Source: an uncultured Verrucomicrobiota bacterium (lineage in GTDB: Bacteria > Verrucomicrobiota > Verrucomicrobiia > Limisphaerales > AAA164-E04). Taken from it: a DNA stretch of 64,000 nucleotides. The position numbers were made by a program, and so were the translations under genes. Where the stretch lies: the NCBI GenBank assembly GCA_964342405.1, contig CAYFGX010000013.1, forward strand, positions 87,098 through 151,097, given 5' to 3'. The notes under the pieces are model-generated. The model ran no database searches. It was not told the DNA's origin and was given only the letters and a program-made list of their open reading frames with translations. Of the stretch, positions 29,227-44,200 are shown piece by piece. Position 1 is the stretch's first letter; the number at the start of each line of letters is the position of its first letter.

Positions 29227-32200
29227 GTGTTTGATTTCGATAGTATTCTCCGACGTGGGTTTAGAGCTCTGACGGGGGACGCAGACATTAATTTTAAACC
29301 TAAGCGGGAGCTGATCTGCCTGCGCTCCGCAGTCGTTGGTCTGGCCTTGTTGCTTTCGATCGGAGCGGAAGGGGCTGTCACTCGGGTTTATGTCGATCAG
29401 AGTGCTGCGGCAGGGGGTGATGGAACTTCATGGCAAGCTGCGTTTCGAGAGCTCAGATACGCATTGCTCGCTCTGGGACCGAACCCTGACGTTCTCACCG
29501 AACAGGAACCGGTTGAAATCCGAATTGCTTCCGGTACCTACCTTCCGGCTGCGACCTCCAGCAGTGAGGATCGCTACAAGAGTTTTGATTTCTCAGGTTG
29601 GTATGACATGACTGTGATTGGAGGCTTTCCGGTAGGAGGTGGGGGGCTCGCCACGGTGAATCCAAGAACCAATGTCACGGTTCTAAGCGGAGATCTCGAC
29701 GGCGATGGCACTCCAGAAAATAACTCCTACAACGTTGTTACGGCCAAGGACAATATCAATCTCACTTTTCAGGGGCTGGTCATCGAACACGGGAATACGG
29801 TTTATCGAAAGGACGACGTTGCCGGCGTTCAAAAAAATCAGATCGTCAATCTTCAGCGTGCGCGAACCGAGGCGGCCCTGAGGGGCTTTGATCTACGAGG
29901 GAATCTTCCCAGTATCGGTCCAGGCTGGATTAAGATTCAGGCTCCCAATCTTTCCAGTGTTTACAATAGTAGGACTCCTTTCGGCGGATGGAATGAAGGG
30001 GATCTTCCGTGGTTGAAAAAACTTTCGAGTGCCTCAGCTTCTCCCGCCACTTGGGCCTTCAATCAGGAACTTTTCATCAGTAGCAATCGCATCAGTGACG
30101 AGAATGGTCATGAGTTTCCGGATCCTTTCAACCCCCTGATGAAACTGGACGCCATTGAACGCTATGAAGGAGATTTTCAGATTGAAAGGCCCTTTTCAAG
30201 TGGGCGCCGCGTTTTCCCCTTTGACATCATTCCTTTCGAAGAGGATGGCATGCCAGGGCCTCGATTTGAGGAACGTAACAAGGATTATCTCTTTGCTGCT
30301 TCTTTGGATGATGTAAATCCGTTCTCCCATGTCGCCAAGCCAGGCTTCGACAGAGTTTCTGGTTTGAATCGAGCTTACCATGATGCGATTCACCGACGGG
30401 GAAACGGTGGTGGCGTACGGAGTTTTCGCTGCTGGAGGCTGTTGTTTCAGGACTGTGTGTTTCGGTTTAATTCTGCGGATGCCTATGGTGGGGCTGTCTT
30501 CAGTAAGCACTCATCCGTTACCTATCAGAATTGTGTCGCCCTTCGAAATAGATCCGGTGCGAGTGGGGGGGCATTCTGTCATTTGGAGGATTCATTCAAG
30601 TTCTTTGAGTGTGAGTTTTTGAAGAATGAAGCGGTGGAGGGGGGTGGACTCTATACTCTCTGGGAGGGGGACGATTACAAGTCCCCTTCATCGGACGACT
30701 TGGTTGGCGACGCGATTGCCCTTTCTCAGGATACTTCTAGGTTTGCGAGAAATGTAAAGAGAGGTCTAATCGCTGGTGCTATTCGGGCGGCCGCAAGGGA
30801 TACGGTTATTCAAGCGGTTAAGAATCAGTTTAAGAACGAGGCAAAGGAGGCATTGTTCGAGACTTTCAAGGACAAGTATAAGTCTGAACTGACAGGCAAG
30901 GAGATTGCGAAGAATCTTGCCAAAGCTGTTGCCTACCAGGGAACGAAATATTTTCATCAATGGTTGGAAGAGGAAGGCTGTGGGAATAATTCCGATTGTA
31001 TCGCCTATGCTCGATTCATGAACAACGTTTTCAAAATCGTTGACTTGGTTCTGTACTGGACGGACGTATTCAATTTGTTCAACGAGTTGAAAGATTTTGC
31101 AGAGGAAACGAATAAGTCTCCAGACGAGGTCGAGGAAGAGCGTCGCCGGGCTGAGGAAGCGAGACTCGCTGCTGTCTTGCTCGAACGGCGGCAAGATTTC
31201 AATTCTGAGGCCAGGTCGATTGTTCGAGACTGTCTTTTTGTCGAGAACGTATCTGCTTTGGGAGGTGTTGGCATTCGGTCGCTTCACACGAATATCCGAA
31301 TCGATCGAACTCAGTTTCTCAATAACCGCTCCACTGGCGCGAGTCTACTTGTTGGTGAGCGGCGTGATGATTACGAGTGGGGCGGTGCCATTCATGGATC
31401 TCATTACTGTGACTTCCTTGTAAGTAACTGCCTCTTCAGGGGGAATCGCACTCATTCGGGCTTGGCCTCTGCGATCATCCTTCGGGTCAATAGCAGTCTG
31501 TTTGCTGAGTATTGCACTCTTCATAACAATAAGGCAGACGAGGGATTCGGATCGGCTTTTTACGGTCTTACCGGCGTCTCTTCTTGGTTCGAGAATTCTA
31601 TTTTTTGGGGAAATCGAAACTCGGAGTTCGATGTGGTGGGCCCGGCCGATATTCAAAGTATTACTTATGACGCGTTACCTGGTGAGATAAAAACTCGGAT
31701 GGCTAACAATGGTCTTGATGCGTCAGACTTTGGCTCTTCGGTTGCCCATCTCGGGGATAGTTTTATTGAGTCCTATCCCGGCTCGTTGGGAGAAGGCGTT
31801 CAGGATAAAGGAGGAAATACTGGGGTCGACCCCGTTTTAACCGCGGACTCCCGACCACAGTGGAATTCACCTCTCCTCGGCTATATTCCGATCAGACCGG
31901 TCGAGCTCCGTGAGTATTCCGAGAAAATTGAATATATTGGTAACGGCTTCTACGGTGCTGTGACAAATCCAGGGGATGTAAAAGATGTTCTGGGTGTTCC
32001 CAGATTGCACGGATCCTATGCCGATATCGGCTGCTTCGAACGAGCGGTTGTTCCTGCGCGAATCTACGTTGGTGGAGCCGGTGTTGTTGGTGGACAAAGG
32101 GGAGACTCTTGGTCGAGTGGAATGGCCGATCTGGCAACAGCGCTGGATGTCATCGATCATATTGTGCCGGCGGAGACGGAGATTTGGGTAAGAGAGGGTG

Positions 32201-35200
32201 TCTACCAATCTCCTAAGGACGACGGCGATCCACAGGATATCGCCTTTCGAACGCATGGGCACCGGAACCTGCGATTGTACGGAGGCTTTGAAGGGGATGA
32301 GATGCTGGCCGATCCTTCAGCCTTTCACCTGGATGTGATGGAGGTGTGTTGTCGAGCGGAGTTACCGGTAGAGGGGCGAAACCTCATTGTATTCGCTTCG
32401 GTAGAGAATCAATCGGAGGATTGGATCAGAATCTTTGACTCGATAGGCGAGCGGGTTGCGGACTTTGCGGTGGGATCTGACGTTGCCTGGAACTTTGACA
32501 AAACACGCCTTTCACGATCAACGCCGAATCTCGATCAAATGCGGACCATTTTCGGAAAGCTCAAGAGCTTACTTGGTCTCAAGCAACCAGATATTTCACT
32601 TTGCCTCGATGGCGAAAGCGACTGGATCTTTGGTGCTGAGTTTGATGCAAGATTGGACTTAATGGAAGTGGAGCGCGTGTCCGAGATTCCGGACCGCGGG
32701 AGGAGTGGAATTGTCGTTTCCCGAATCATCGAATCTGGATTACTTCATTTTCGAGTATTCGATTGCGTTGGGAGAGTGGTTGTCGACGGATTGCAGACGG
32801 AACTGGACGATCCCTCTGATCTCGTCGATTCAATAAGTTTGGATCTTGCCGGATACTGGAGTTCCAATCCGAATACGAGCGAGAAGGCAGATGCGATTGA
32901 GGAGGTAATGGCATTTGCACAGAACGAAGTCGGACTGAAAGTGAGGGATTCGAGCAGTGGGACTCATCAGACCACGATCAGTGGTGAACACGGTGCGAGC
33001 GGTGATCCTAGCGACAATCGAAAGCGACTCTTCTCCATTGACCATGACGGTCGACGGCGCCTCAAGACTCTCGTCGTTGACGGCGTGACTTTCAAGGGGG
33101 CCCGGGAAGGGGCGTTTGGACTCAATCCCGATTCGACTCAAACCTTATTTCGAGATTGTCGATTCATCGAGAACTACAATTTGTCACCTACCGGACGTGG
33201 AGGCGCGATTGAGAACCAAGGAGATCTGACGGTTTTCGGATCGGAGTTTGTTGGGAACTATGCCCGAAAGGGAGGCGCGATTCACTCACTAGGCGGTAGG
33301 ACGACAGTTTTGAGTTCTCGGTTTATTGATAACGTTGCTGAGTATCGGCCGAATGACGCTGCTCTGATTTTTGAAGCAAGCGCAGCGGGCGGAGCCATCT
33401 ATTTGGATCATTCACCCGCGACTGTTCAAAGTTCAATCTTTCATGGGAATCAGGCGATTGGAATCAAGGCGGTTGGTGGAGCGATTGCGGTGAGTCCAGA
33501 TACGCAAGGCACCCATGCTGATACCTTCTTGACCCATTGCACGATCGTTGGGAATCAAGTTGTTTCAGGTGCTGGTAGAGTTGGGGCGAAACCTCTAGGG
33601 GGAGGGGCGGGTTTGTTTGTGAATGCCTTTGATTACACTCAGGGCGCCACATTTATCGACGGCTCCATATTCTGGGACAATGAGGTCCAGGGTTCGGAAC
33701 AGGTCTATCCGCTTCCCGAGCGTCAAATTGATACGCAAGGAAAAGGGTATGAAATCCTTAACTCTGTGGTTCAAGGAGCGGCAACTGATGCGCTTGCTAA
33801 TGTTCGTTCAGTCAATCCTTCGTTTGACGCGACGAGTGGCGATGAGTTTCGGCTCGAAGACTTTTCGCCCTTGTTAAACGAAATCAGTGATTCAAGTCCC
33901 TCATTCTCGGGCGATGCGTTTGATCTCTTGGGGCGGCCCACGGATGACGATTTTACGGTGACTCTCTCGCCCCTGGATAGTCTTCAGGAAAAGAGGCTCT
34001 TCGGTGCCAAGCGAGATTTGGGAGCCTTTGAATTGCAATCAGCTTCAGCTTCGATTGGAGTGCCGCAGTCGTTCTATGATGCGGGCTTGCAGCTCTTTGG
34101 ATTATCATCCGTTGGTTTCAACAATGGACCCGGTGAGAGGATTCGATGGCAGCAGTTCGATGGCAGTGGTGATCCTCTGTTGAATTCTGGTGATTGGATC
34201 GACCTACCTGACGGTGCTGATCTGGACTATGTTTCCTCGGATTCACGATCGCTGCTCTTTAGGCGAAATGTATCAAACTATGGGGATCGCTACTATCGGG
34301 CGGTGATCACTCGGGCGAACGGGCGAGAGATCTTTTCGCCGCCGGCTCTCTTTGATGCGCCGATCCTTTATGTCGATCACGATGCTGCAGGGAACAACAC
34401 AGGGAAGAGTTGGACGCATGCTTTTACGAGTCTTCAAGATGCCTTAGCTGCCGCGCGAGTGTCGGCAGGATGTCGAGAAATCTGGGTTGCTCAAGGAACC
34501 TATTACCCAACGGGAACCTTTGATCGAACGATCAGCTTCGAGATGGTGAATGGTGTGGGGATTTACGGTGGATTTGAAGGGGGAGAAGCGCTTCGTGTGG
34601 ATAGTCAACGAGACGCTAGTCGGACGATCTTGAGTGGCGATATCGGGGCTAGGAATATTAAAGCGGATAATAGCTATGTCGTCGTGAGGAATGCTGTTGC
34701 CCACGGGTCTCGCGCTACCCTTGGTCCTGCATCGATTCTAGATGGTTTTGTGATCGAGGAAGGAAATGCGAATGGGCAGGTGTTTGTTGCCGATAGCCAG
34801 GGGGGCGGAATGTTGAATGAACGAAGTAGCCCGACGCTAAGAAATCTGATCATTCAAAGTAATTATGCCAACGAAGGTGGGGGGGTAGCGAATTTGGATG
34901 CCGAGCCAACTTTCATCAACTGTACAATTTCAAACAACACAGCGGAATATGGTGCAGGGATGTTCAGCCGAGGAGGCAGAATCAATCTCGATCGTTGTTT
35001 CATCGCGAGCAATACGGCGCATGCACGTGGAGGGGGACTTCAGTCGATTGATGCCATTGTTGCACTAAGCTTTTGTGAAGTGCGCTCAAACGACGGAGGG
35101 GGTATACTGCATTCCCGAGGTCAGTTCGATATTCGTGATAGCCTCGTCGCCACGAATGTCGGTGTGCATGATGCCGCAGGGATTCTGGTTTCGGATGGGG

Positions 35201-38200
35201 GCACGGGAAGTGTGATAAACTGCACGGTGGTCTACAACCGGCTTGATGCCTCGGGTACGCCCGGACTATCTCGGTCGGGCGATGACGGTCAATTGTTCCG
35301 AGTCGCGAACTCGATTCTTTGGGGGAATCATTTTACCTCCTCTCGCATTTCCGAGGCGTCGGCGAATCATCAAATTTCTGGCGCGTTGAACCAAACGAAA
35401 TGCCTGGTCCAAAATGGGGGCTTCGGCTTTGACCCGCTATTCGTTGATGACGAGAATGGTAACTACCGATTGTCGGTGTTTTCGCCCGCCATTAACTCCG
35501 GTGACAATGCCGAGGTGACTGACACTCTCAACAGTCGTGATCTGGATGGTGGCGATAGTTTTCGCGTTCAAGAGACAACGGTCGATTTGGGTTGTTATGA
35601 GTTTCAGACCCAGACTGGAGGCCAACTCTATTTTTCAAGCTTACCACAGAGCGGGGCGATTGAGTCGGGGAAAGACCTCAGCATGAGGCTTGGAAACGGG
35701 CAATCGGCTGAGTCGTTTATAATAGAAAGAATTAAGGATGGAGTGGTTGCAACTGTTATCGACGATTCGTTCCATGTGATTCGTCGGAACTCTAACGGTC
35801 TCTCGCTAACTTTGGTGAGCTTGGATCCGTCTCTTGACGGGGCCCAATACCGTTTTCGAGATACTTCGTCAGAGTCTGGATTCGTCTCTGATGTGTACGA
35901 GTTGAACGTGCCTTCGCCTATTTTTGTAGATGGTCGTGTTGCTTCCAGCGGGAACGGCAGGTCTTGGGTAAGCGCAAAGAAAACGATTCGAGCGGCTCTG
36001 AGTGTGGCTGTTTCCGGTCAACAAATATGGATCGCTGAGGGAACCTATTATCCTGTCGATCAAGCCTCGACGGACAGAACTGCTTCCTTGAGCCTGCCCC
36101 AGGGCGTCTCATTGATAGGCGGTTTTGCCGGAGATGAAGTGAGTCTCAGTGAACGGGAATGGGAGCGGCATCCAACGCGTCTAAGCGGCGACATTGGTCA
36201 AGTCGGTGTGGCTGATGACAATAGCCGAGTGTTGCTTCAGGTGATCGGGGATGTGCATGGAACTCCAGTATCTTTGGAGACGGTGATTGACGGTTTGATC
36301 TTCAGTGATGGCAATCAGAATCTGACTCGGTGGGATGCTGCTCTGAATTTGAAAGGGGCGAGTCCTTTGGTGAGGAACTGTCGATTTGAGAATAATCGAG
36401 GCTATCTTGGCGGGGCCGTGACGCTCGATAATTCAGACGCGATTCTGTTTAATTGCCTATTTGCAGGGAACCTTGCCAGAAATGGAGGGGGAGGGATCTA
36501 TTTGAGATCTGGAGCAGGCCAGATCATAAACTGTACGGTCGTTGGGAATCAGGGAGGAACGATCAGTGGCGGCGGCGGAGTTCTAGCAGATGCTTCTTTC
36601 ACTGGCCAAATCGTGAACACGATTCTGTGGTCGAATACGGATCGACGAGAAACGAATACTGGCCCTTCTACCGTGGAACAAATGCAGGTTCGTGGAACGA
36701 CGATGGTCAGCCATTCAATCGTTCAAGGTTTGGATGCCTTGGCTGGCTCGAACAATCTGGGGATCGATCCACTTTTTCTAGATCTGTCGCTCGAAGACTA
36801 TCGGCTGAATCCCTTCAGTCCCGCAGTCGATGCGGGAGATCCCGCTGCCCGTCTCTGGGATGGGCTCGATGCGGCCGGTTCGAGTAGAGTGTTCAATCGT
36901 GGCGGTGGCGGCATTGTTGATATCGGTGCTTACGAAGCGCAATCCTCAGCCCGGGCGCCCATCGGTTTGGTTCAAAGTTACGATGTAGGCGTGATCACTG
37001 GGAGTGGACGCTTGGATGTGAAAACTCTGTCGGGGGAGGCCAACCGCTATTCGTGGCAAGTGGATCGCGGGGACGGAGCTGGTTTCGTTGCCTTGGCTGG
37101 GGATGGGTTTCATCGAATCACCCGCACGGATACGCAGCTTACGCTTGAAATCCTTGGTGCGATCCAGTCGATGCGTGGTTATCGATATCGGTATGTCGTT
37201 GCGAACACGACCCCGTCCTTTGTTGGGAGTCCCGTTCGTCTGGAAGTTGTGCCCCCGGTGCGAGTCGACAGCACCATTGTCTCGAAGTTGACCGCGGCTC
37301 AACTCGATACTCGGATCGAGGATGGCTCTTCCTGGCTCAATGCCTATGTCTCGCTGACGGATGCGCTCAATCAAGTTTCGCGTGGGGGAGAGATCTGGGT
37401 TGCTGAAGGAATTTATTATCCAAGTGACCCGACCGCGGGACGCCGGGATCAAGCCTTCGCGATGCGTCCAGACGTCGGCATCTATGGGGGCTTCAAAGGG
37501 TTTGGCGCGAACGCCGAATCGCTGCGAAGTGAGCGCGATCCGGTCCTTAACCGATCGATCCTCAGTGGGGATATCGGTGTCTTGAATGATCCGACGGACA
37601 ACTCATTCAACGTGATTCGGAACCAGGGGCTTACCGAGGCTTTGGATCGCGACTCGGTCCTTGATGGTTTCGTCATCGTGGGTGCCTACCGTGAGGCTTC
37701 GGCAAACTTTGACCTCAGCGATGGGGGGGCGATCCATAATCAAAGTAACCATCCCACCATTCGTAATTGTGTGATTGAAGGGAATCTCGGACAGCGAGGA
37801 GGGGGGATTGCGAACTACGATTCAGCGCCACTCATCAGTCGGGTTGAGGTTCGAAATAACCGCGCTGCGACCGGCGCGGGTCTTTACAACCATTACTCAT
37901 CGCCGCGGATCGAGAACTGTTTGATCGCAGGGAATACTGCAAGCGGTGATGCAAACCGATTCGGAGGCGGCGTTTTCAATGACGTGTCTAGTGCCCCGAC
38001 TTTTTTGTTTTGCACCGTGTCTGCCAATCAATCGCCCTTTGGAGGGGCCGGGATTGGGAACGACTCATCGGCCTCACCGATCATCGCTAATTCAATTCTC
38101 TGGGGAAATCTCAGCGGGGATATCGCAGGGACCTCGTTGTTTGGCGGAACGCCGACGGTTTCTTTTTCTACGGTTCAAGCCTCTCCGTCGCCTGCGGGAA

Positions 38201-41200
38201 CGGGAAATCAGAACTTCAATCCGCTGTTTCAGGCGTGGCGAACACAGGATTATTCGCTCTCACCGTTTTCGCCGGCGCTCGATTCGGCATCAACTTCTGT
38301 TGCGATGGAAGACACCGCCTTTCTTGATCTTTCGGGAGCCCCACGAGTGAGCGGGGCGCAGAGTGATTTAGGGTGCTATGAGCTGGATCTATCCTCCGGT
38401 CGTAAGAGCCCAATAATGCTTACTTCAGCGCCGGAGCAAGGTTTCAGTATGGGTTCAACCGAGTTTCCTGTCATTGGACATCCGGCAGCCTTGGTGCAGT
38501 GGGAGATGGATCTCACGAACGATAACGTGGTGAGCTTTGTGCCATTGATTGAGTCGCCAAACCGACAACTGAGAACGACTGCGAGCGCTTCTACGCTTGA
38601 GGTTATTGAACCTACGGCCGCTGCATCGTTTCGATTCAAGGCTGTCCAAAATGGGGAAGTATTTGTTTCTGAAGCTTTTTCGGTAGCGGTGATGGATCCG
38701 ATCCTGGTCAAGAGCGATGCTTCGGGCGTCGAGGATGGGAAAACCTGGGGGACTGCTTTCAGAACCCTGACTTCGGCATTGGCTCAGGCGTCGCTTGGTC
38801 AAGAGATTTGGGTGGCCGCTGGTGTGTATTTTCCGACATCGGGTAGGGATGCATCGGTGGCATTTGAAATGAAAGATCGAGTGGCGATCTACGGTGGCTT
38901 TGATGGCACTGAATCCAATCGAGATTCACGCGATTGGTTGAGCAACGTCACGGTCCTGTCAGGGAATATTGGCGAGCTGAGTGTGGAGTCCGACAACAGT
39001 TTGCACGTGCTATCCAACCGGGACTTAAGTCGTCGCGCGGTATTAGACGGTTTTGTGATTGAAGGCGCCTTTGGTGGGGCCGCGATGCTGAACAGAAATG
39101 CGAGTCCTACAGTGCGACACTGTGTCTTTCGTGATAACCAGAGTCTTGTCACCGGTGCGGGAATTGTGAATGTGCTCGGAGCTCCGCTGATCGAAGCTTC
39201 GTCGTTCTACCGGAATCGGGGGCTTCGTGGAGGGGCGCTGGAATCGCTTGGAGCCGGATCTTTTCCCGAAGTAGTGAATAGTCTCTTCTATGAGAACGAA
39301 GCTGTCAGTGACGGTGGGGCCATCTTCAATGAGGACGGGGGCCGTTTCGTCAACGTCACAGTTGCGTTCAATCGGACAGGAGAACTCGTCGGCGGCATGG
39401 ACAATGCAAAGGCGAACGCAGTCACCGTCTCAAATTCCATTCTTTGGGGGAACCAGCCAAGCTTCTCGAATCGAAGCCAAGTGCTGAGCGGGCAAATAAG
39501 GAAGGGAACAATCCTCCAGTCGATCGTTCAAGGAATGGCGATCCCCGGTGAGGATGGAAACTCTGGCTTGGATCCGCTCTTCGTGAACCCCGCATTTGGA
39601 ATGTTCCAATTGTCGGGCTTTTCGCCTGGGATCGACGCCGGAAATTCGAGCTATCTCGATGACCGCTTTTCTAAAGATCTCATGAATCGAGATCGGCGTT
39701 TTGCAGGGACAACAGTTGATCTGGGTGCCTATGAGTTCCAAGGGGCTCGAGTCGGTGATATCGGATTGTTTCAAGCCTTCACGGATACGACGCTTTTAGG
39801 AGGCGGGACCCTGCGGGTGAGGGTGCCATCAGGCCAGGGGGCAAAGGTGGAGTGGCTGCAAGATGTGGGGGCAGGTTTTGTTCCGGTTGTTATGGATTCA
39901 GTGCATTCCGTCCTGATTGATGACGAATCCTCTGCTCTGAGGATTCTGAATCCTGCCATCGATCTGAATGGAGCACGTTATGCCTTTCAGATCGTTGTTC
40001 CCAGTGCAGGGACGTTTCAGTCTGGATCTGCAACTCTCAAGGTCTTTGCTCCACTCCTCGTCGATGCCTCAGTCACACCGGTTGCGAGTGGCCGTGATAC
40101 GAACGGCGTGTATCAATCGCTTCAACAAGCGCTTGCTGAGGTTTCCGAAGGAGGAGCCATTTGGGTGGCAGCGGGAACTTACACGCCAACCGGAATAGAT
40201 TCGGGTGATCGGTCTGCAAGTTTTGGCCTGGTGCCAGGTGTCTCGGTCCTGGGCGGGTTCGAGAGTGGTCAGCTTCCTGCGCAGTGGTCGGCAGCTTCCC
40301 GCGATCCCGATCAGTTCGTGACCAGACTAAGTGGTGAGATCGGGGACCCGAATCTCCGAACCGACAATAGCTTCCGGGTGATTGATAACGACGGAAGGAC
40401 ACGGGACCTCGGGGAGCGCACGATTCTTGACGGTTTTGTAGTCGAGGGGGGCTACGGAACGAATGGCGTTGGAATGAGAAATGTGGATGCGAGTCCTGTG
40501 ATTCGTGATTGCGTCTTTCGAGACCACTATGCATCCGCATCAGGCGCTGCGGTCGAGAATCAAGGCACCTCCGCTCCTCTCATCGCTGCGTGCCGCTTTT
40601 ACGATAACGAGTCGGGAAGCACAGGTGGGGCGATCTCGAATTTCGGTTCGGGGAATCCACTGGTCGTCAATTCGGTGTTTCAAGGAAACAGAAGTGGTGG
40701 GGCGGGAGGCGCCATTTATTCCGAAGCTCTGGCGGCTGTGATCAACGGGACCTTTACGCTAAACCACTCGGGAGGTCTCGGAGGGGCTGTGTTTGGTCTA
40801 ACTCCCGACTCAGTGGAGGTGGTCAATTCCATTCTATGGGGAAATACTGCCACTGAAGAAGTGTCCGTGGAACAAGGCCAAGTTTTTGGGGCTGCCGTGA
40901 CGGATTCGATCGTTCACGGTTTGGAGAAACTTGCTGGGAATCGCAATATCGCTTTGGACCCTTTGTTCATTGATCCGTCGCAGTATGATCTTCGTCTATC
41001 GGTCTATTCGCCTGCCGTTGATCAGGGGGCAGCAGGAAAGGATCCAAGCGGTCAGACAACAGATGCCTGGAAGCAGCCGCGGGTCTTTGGTTCTCAAGTC
41101 GACCTCGGGGCCTTTGAGGTGCCTTCTGTTTCTCCGGGGGCTCTAGGAATCATTGAAGGCTATTCTGTCGTAGAATTGGCCGAGGGTGAGACCGTGCTTC

Positions 41201-44200
41201 GCCTTCGGGTGGCTGCTGGGAGTGTGGGTAGTATCGTTTGGCAAGTCGATCGCGGTGCCGGTTTTGAGGATCTCGTATCGGATGCTGTTCACGAGTTGTT
41301 GGTTAGTGGAGAGGTGGTCCAACTGAAGATTGTTTCGCCGTCCTTCTCGATGAACGGGTTCAGGTATCGATATCGAGTGAATGGAACGGCGCCGGAGTTT
41401 GTATCGTTCCCGGTCACCCTCAAGGTGGCCCCCGCCATTCGGGTCAGTCAAGCGACAGGGAGTGACGACAATGATGGATTGAGCTGGGGGCAAGCGGTGA
41501 AATCGATTCAAAAAGCTTTATCCCTGGTCACAACAAACGGTGAGATCTGGGTGGCAGCGGGAACCTACTATCCCACGGACGGAGGGAACACTGGGCGAGG
41601 GACTTCGTTCCAGTTCGGGCAACGGGTGAGTGTCTACGGTGGGTTTCGAGGTGATGAAGGAACGCGGGCAGCGCGTGATTGGAGACTCAATCCAACCATT
41701 CTGAGTGGTGACATCGGAAACATCGGCGACGATTCAGATAACTCCTATCACGTTCTCGAGCACCGTTCTTCGGAAGGATTGAATGGGACTCATCTCGATG
41801 GTGTGATTGTTCAAGATGGCCATGCGAGTGGATCTGGTTATCAGCAAGACTATGGTGGAGGGATCTTTGTTCATTCTGGAACCTTGACGCTTCGAAACAC
41901 GATGATTCGTGAGAACAAGGCCTCATGGCGTGGCGGAGCGGTTGCGATTGAACAAGGCAAACTTCAGCTTGAGGGCGCTCTGATCTACAATAATTCAGCG
42001 GTGAGTAGTGCGGGGGCTATCGTGTTGCTCTCAGGGGATGTTACTCTGACGAACACGACGGTCACGGAGAATACGTCGGGTTCACGGACAGCGGGAATTG
42101 ACGTCTTCCCGGGAGGGCGCCTCACCGTGTCGAATTCCATCCTGCACAACAATCGGACTTCCGGTGCGGCTTCGGATCTCGAGACACAGCAGCTCTCAGG
42201 AAATGCCAGTGTCTTCAACAGTATCGTTGAGGGGCTCAATCGCTATCGGAGCGCAAACAGTTTTGCAATCGATCCCTTGTTTGCCGATCCCGAGAACGAT
42301 GACTTCAGCTTGAGCGCCTTCTCGGGAGCGATTGGGCGGGGAAGTAATGCTAGCCTGCCAACCGGGTATACGACGGACCTGGACGGAGTGGCGCGTGTTT
42401 TGCCGGCGAACGACCGGACGGTCGACATGGGGGCCTACGAATATAGTGGAGCGGCTGCTGGAGGTCTGGAGGTGGTTCAGTTTCCAAGTTTCGATTCGTT
42501 GATAGGAGGAGGCGAACTGAAAGTCGTGGTGACGCCTAGTTTTCGAAATCGAATCATTTGGCAAATCGATCGTGGAGACGGAACCTTCGTAGATCTTGTG
42601 GCAGACTCCGTCCATTCGGTGGTGTTTGGTGCCGATAGTTCGACGCTGAAAGTGTCTTTCCCAGATGCTCATCTTGCCGGCGCGCGTTATCGGTTCAGAG
42701 TCTCTGGAACCTCCCCGGAGTATGTCTCTGAAAGTGCCAGCCTACGACTGTTGCCCGTCTTGAAAGTAGACGCTGACGCAGCGGCGGGAGGGGATGGCTT
42801 GAGCTGGACGACTGCCTTCAGGACGATTCAGGAGGCGTTTGCCGCTCTGCCAACGGTCGGGCTCCGTGAGATCTGGGTTGCCGAAGGGACATACTATCCG
42901 TCACTGACCAACGCTCGGGGAGACTCCTTTGAGTTGCAAAACAATCTACGAATCTACGGCGGATTCCAGGGTGGCGATGATAGTGAGGCTCTGAGTGATC
43001 GAGACTGGAAGTCGTATCCCACGATTCTCTCAGGAAACATCGGGAGTAGCAGTTCGAGTAGCGATAACTCAAAGCGGATTATTCATAACCGTGGGAGTTC
43101 CCAGATCAATGCGAGCGCCGTTCTGGACGGTTTTGTCATCGAGGCGGGCAATGGCGATAATGGCGCTGGGATTTATAACTACGCCGCGAGTCCGACTATC
43201 CGCAATTGCCATTTTAGGAACAACGTGGTGACGAGTCTTGGGGGTGCGATGTACTGCATCGACTCTTCTCCGATCGTCAGTGATTGTATTTTCGAGAACA
43301 ATGAAGCTCAAATGGGTGGTTCTGTAAGGCTCTCATCGGGCGCGGCAGAGTTTCGTCGCTGTCAGTTTCTTGGCGGTCGAGCATCGTTGGGCGGCGGGCT
43401 CTCCGTCGGCAACTCGCCTGCTCTCTTTGAGAATTGCCTCTTTGCGGGGAATCATGCAACCGGTTCTGGAGGAAACTACGGAGGTGCCATTGCAGTCTCC
43501 TACGTCGACGCCACCGGTAAGACCCGATTCCTGAACTGTACTGTGGTGGACAATACTTCAGCTGGGGGAGCAGCGGGCATTGAATTGTCCCCAACGCCGT
43601 TTGGTCCGGTAGAGGTCCATAATTCCATTCTGTGGAATAACTTGGCCCGGGGTGTTGCTAACTTCGATTCTCAACTTAAGGGGAACGGTATTACGATTCG
43701 CCATTCGATGGTCAATGGAATTTCGGATTTCGGAGGCAATATTGCTTCTCCGCCTGATTTTGTGGCCCCTTCTCAGAAAGACTATCGACTGACGGCATGT
43801 TCCTTTGGGATCAATCAGGGCAACAACGCGGCAATCCCATTGCCGTCTCTCGACTTAGCAGGTAATGCCCGACTGTTTGATGGCCAGGCTGAATCCGATG
43901 TCGTGGATATGGGAGCCTACGAATTGGCGGGCGAGGTGCCCGCGAATCGATTGGTATTGAATGCCTCGCCCGTTTCACGGGGCGTTCAAGAAGGGGGCAA
44001 CGCAAGCTTCTCGGTAACTGCCGTTGGTGATGCGGTTACCTATCAATGGCAGAGTGACGACAAGGGGAACGGGGTGTTCGCGAATCTGAGTGACACTGCG
44101 CCGTATTCCGGTGTCACGAGCTCCAGCCTCAGTGTTACCGCAATTCCCGCAACATTGAACGGAACTCAATACCGATGTGTTGTCACGGCTGCTTCCGGAT

